The translations under genes and the position numbers were made by a program. Shown in pieces: positions 62,721 to 64,000 of a DNA stretch of 64,000 bases. Source of the DNA: Candidatus Dormiibacterota bacterium (lineage in GTDB: Bacteria > Chloroflexota > Dormibacteria > Aeolococcales > Aeolococcaceae); contig DAIUFS010000004.1 of assembly GCA_036844485.1 (NCBI GenBank), positions 4,925 to 68,924 of the forward strand, written 5' to 3'. Each line of letters opens with the position of its first letter. Within the stretch, counting starts at the first letter, position 1. Below the pieces are notes generated by a model. That model did not search any database and was not told the origin of the DNA. It worked only from the letters and a program-made list of their open reading frames with translations.

Positions 62721-63383
62721 ATGGCCCGAATCGTCCTCGCCTCATCGAGCCCGCGTCGCCGCGAACTCCTCACTCGGGCGGGGATCCGCTTCACGGTCGT
62801 CGATCCGCCCGCTGACGGCGCCGTACCCCCTGGCATCTGCGCCGACCTCGCTGCCCAACTGCTGGCCCGCCAGAAGGCCGTGGCTGTCGCCGCCGGGCAG
62901 CCCGCTGGGAGCTTCGTCATCGGCGCCGACACCATCGTGGTCGGACCCAGTGGCCCGCTCGGCAAGCCGGGCACCCCCGAGCGCGCCCAGGCGATGCTCA
63001 ACGAGCTGCGCGGACGCCGTCACACGGTGCTGACAGGAGTCTGCGTGATCGTCGCGCAGAGCGACCGCGAGGCACTCGGCCTGGGGCGGTCGGCAGTGAC
63101 CATGCACGAGTACAGCGACGAGGCGGTGCACACGTACGTCAATTCTGGCGAGCCCCTCGATCGGGCCGGCGCCTACGCCATCCAGGGCGGTGGCGGTGAT
63201 CTGGTCGACGCCGTGTCGGGTCGGATCGACACAGTGGTCGGCCTCGACGTGCCTCTGGCGTTGCGGCTGCTCGCTGAAGCCGGGTACCCGGATCCGCTGC
63301 CGGCGGCCACGGACGTGCCCCTGGCGCCCCCGCGAGCGGCTCGCCGTCCCCTCGCCCCGCTCCGCGCCGCTCAGCGCGCCTGA
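62721..63383 (+). CDS. maf: Maf-like nucleoside triphosphate pyrophosphatase
   Basis: The ATG at 62721 gives MARIVLASSSPRRRELL. Motifs: GADTIVV, KP, and GAYAIQG. Confidence 0.9.
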   Translation: MARIVLASSSPRRRELLTRAGIRFTVVDPPADGAVPPGICADLAAQLLARQKAVAVAAGQPAGSFVIGADTIVVGPSGPLGKPGTPERAQAMLNELRGRRHTVLTGVCVIVAQSDREALGLGRSAVTMHEYSDEAVHTYVNSGEPLDRAGAYAIQGGGGDLVDAVSGRIDTVVGLDVPLALRLLAEAGYPDPLPAATDVPLAPPRAARRPLAPLRAAQRA

Positions 63384-63409
63384 GCTGGGGTCTCCGCGGC
63401 CGGGTCTCG

Positions 63410-64000
63410 GTGCTGCGATGCCGTGCCGCCGCGGCGGCGGTGGCCCTGATCCTGGCCCCGCTGCCGCTGGCGATCTCCGGCTGCGGGTCCGGCAGCGGCC
63501 AGCTCCACGTCAGTCTCAGCGGCGACGCCCAGAACTACCAGGTCAACCAGCCGGCATCGTATTCGCATTACAAACCGGGCGATGAGGCCACCTTTACAGT
63601 CGCGGTGAGCAACACCGGGCGGGGCAGCGTCACCGGCGTCACCGTGCACGTCACCTTGCCACAGGGATTCCGCTACCACGGCACCGTATCAATAGACGCG
63701 CCCGGGGCCACCCGCACTCAGCCGCTCGACGCGGCCGTCAACAGCACCACTCCGATCTTCGGTCTCTGGACCCTCCCGGCAGCCGCAGCGGCCGGCTCCG
63801 GCCAGGATGCCAAGGTGATCATCACCTTCACCGCCGACGTCAGCGGTGAGCCCGGCCCGGCCACGGTCCAGGCCTATGCCGCAGGCGACACCGACGCCGG
63901 CCAGACCAACGCCTCCGCCTACAACGTGGTCGTCGATGCCGCCGCCAAGGTGACCGCGCTGGTCAGCGCCAGCCCGGTCTCGGTGAAGATCGGCGGCACT
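63410..64000 (+). CDS. lipoprotein with DUF11-type (conserved repeat domain) fold; runs off the window end
   Basis: Own translation from the GTG at 63410: MLRCRAAAAAVALILAPLPLAISGCGSG (lipobox), followed by GDEATFTVAVSNTGRGSVTGVTVHVTLPQGFRY. There is no stop before 64000, so it is absent from the ORF track. Confidence 0.65.
   Translation, partial: MLRCRAAAAAVALILAPLPLAISGCGSGSGQLHVSLSGDAQNYQVNQPASYSHYKPGDEATFTVAVSNTGRGSVTGVTVHVTLPQGFRYHGTVSIDAPGATRTQPLDAAVNSTTPIFGLWTLPAAAAAGSGQDAKVIITFTADVSGEPGPATVQAYAAGDTDAGQTNASAYNVVVDAAAKVTALVSASPVSVKIGGT

Overview
This is a high-GC, densely coding chromosomal window of about 70 genes, from an Actinomycetota-like organism; the exact taxon cannot be determined from the sequence alone.

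**Left part (1-12.5 kb).**
- A partial alpha-glucan phosphorylase and rpe.
- A GAF protein plus a GAF histidine kinase joined at a TGATG junction.
- A six-gene, translationally coupled pentose-phosphate operon on the minus strand: tkt, fused tal-pgi, gnd, zwf, opcA, pgl.

**Integrated element (12.6-22.4 kb), the most interesting feature.**
- A ~9.7 kb element sits in tRNA-Arg(ACG), bounded by a perfect 58-bp direct repeat. The left copy is the 3' part of the intact tRNA and the right copy is a duplicated tRNA 3' fragment.
- It encodes a tyrosine integrase, two XRE-type HTH proteins, a zinc-finger protein plus a D5_N/SF3 (P4-type) helicase, and several small Cys4 proteins.
- It also encodes an HK97-type major capsid protein and an HK97 prohead protease fused to a zinc ribbon.
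- No ORF is large enough to be a portal, large terminase, tail or lysis gene. It therefore looks like a capsid-encoding phage satellite or minimal cryptic prophage (phiRv1/phiRv2-like).
- It carries candidate operators, iteron-like repeats and a ~400 bp non-coding region.

**Right of the element (22.4-64 kb).**
- DNA and amino-acid metabolism: BON protein, ATP-dependent DNA ligase, type IB topoisomerase, kynA-kynU, DedA, an aldehyde dehydrogenase and a polysaccharide deacetylase.
- Assorted enzymes and tRNAs: HAD hydrolase, a HemK-like methyltransferase with an HPPY motif, an esterase, tRNA-Thr, an SMP-30 protein and leuS.
- Energy and carbohydrate storage: pntAA-pntAB-pntB, a GNAT, a second orphan GAF histidine kinase and glgX-treY/treZ.
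- Protein quality control: tRNA-Leu, tig, clpP and clpX.
- valS, followed by a zinc-ribbon membrane protein and four translationally coupled, very hydrophobic membrane proteins. These show remote NuoL/M/N- and HycD/HyfE-like features and no soluble partner subunits.
- maf and a partial DUF11-type lipoprotein.

No rRNA, CRISPR array, transposase or IS element was seen. All functional calls rest on my own reading of the translated ORFs. No database search was run.
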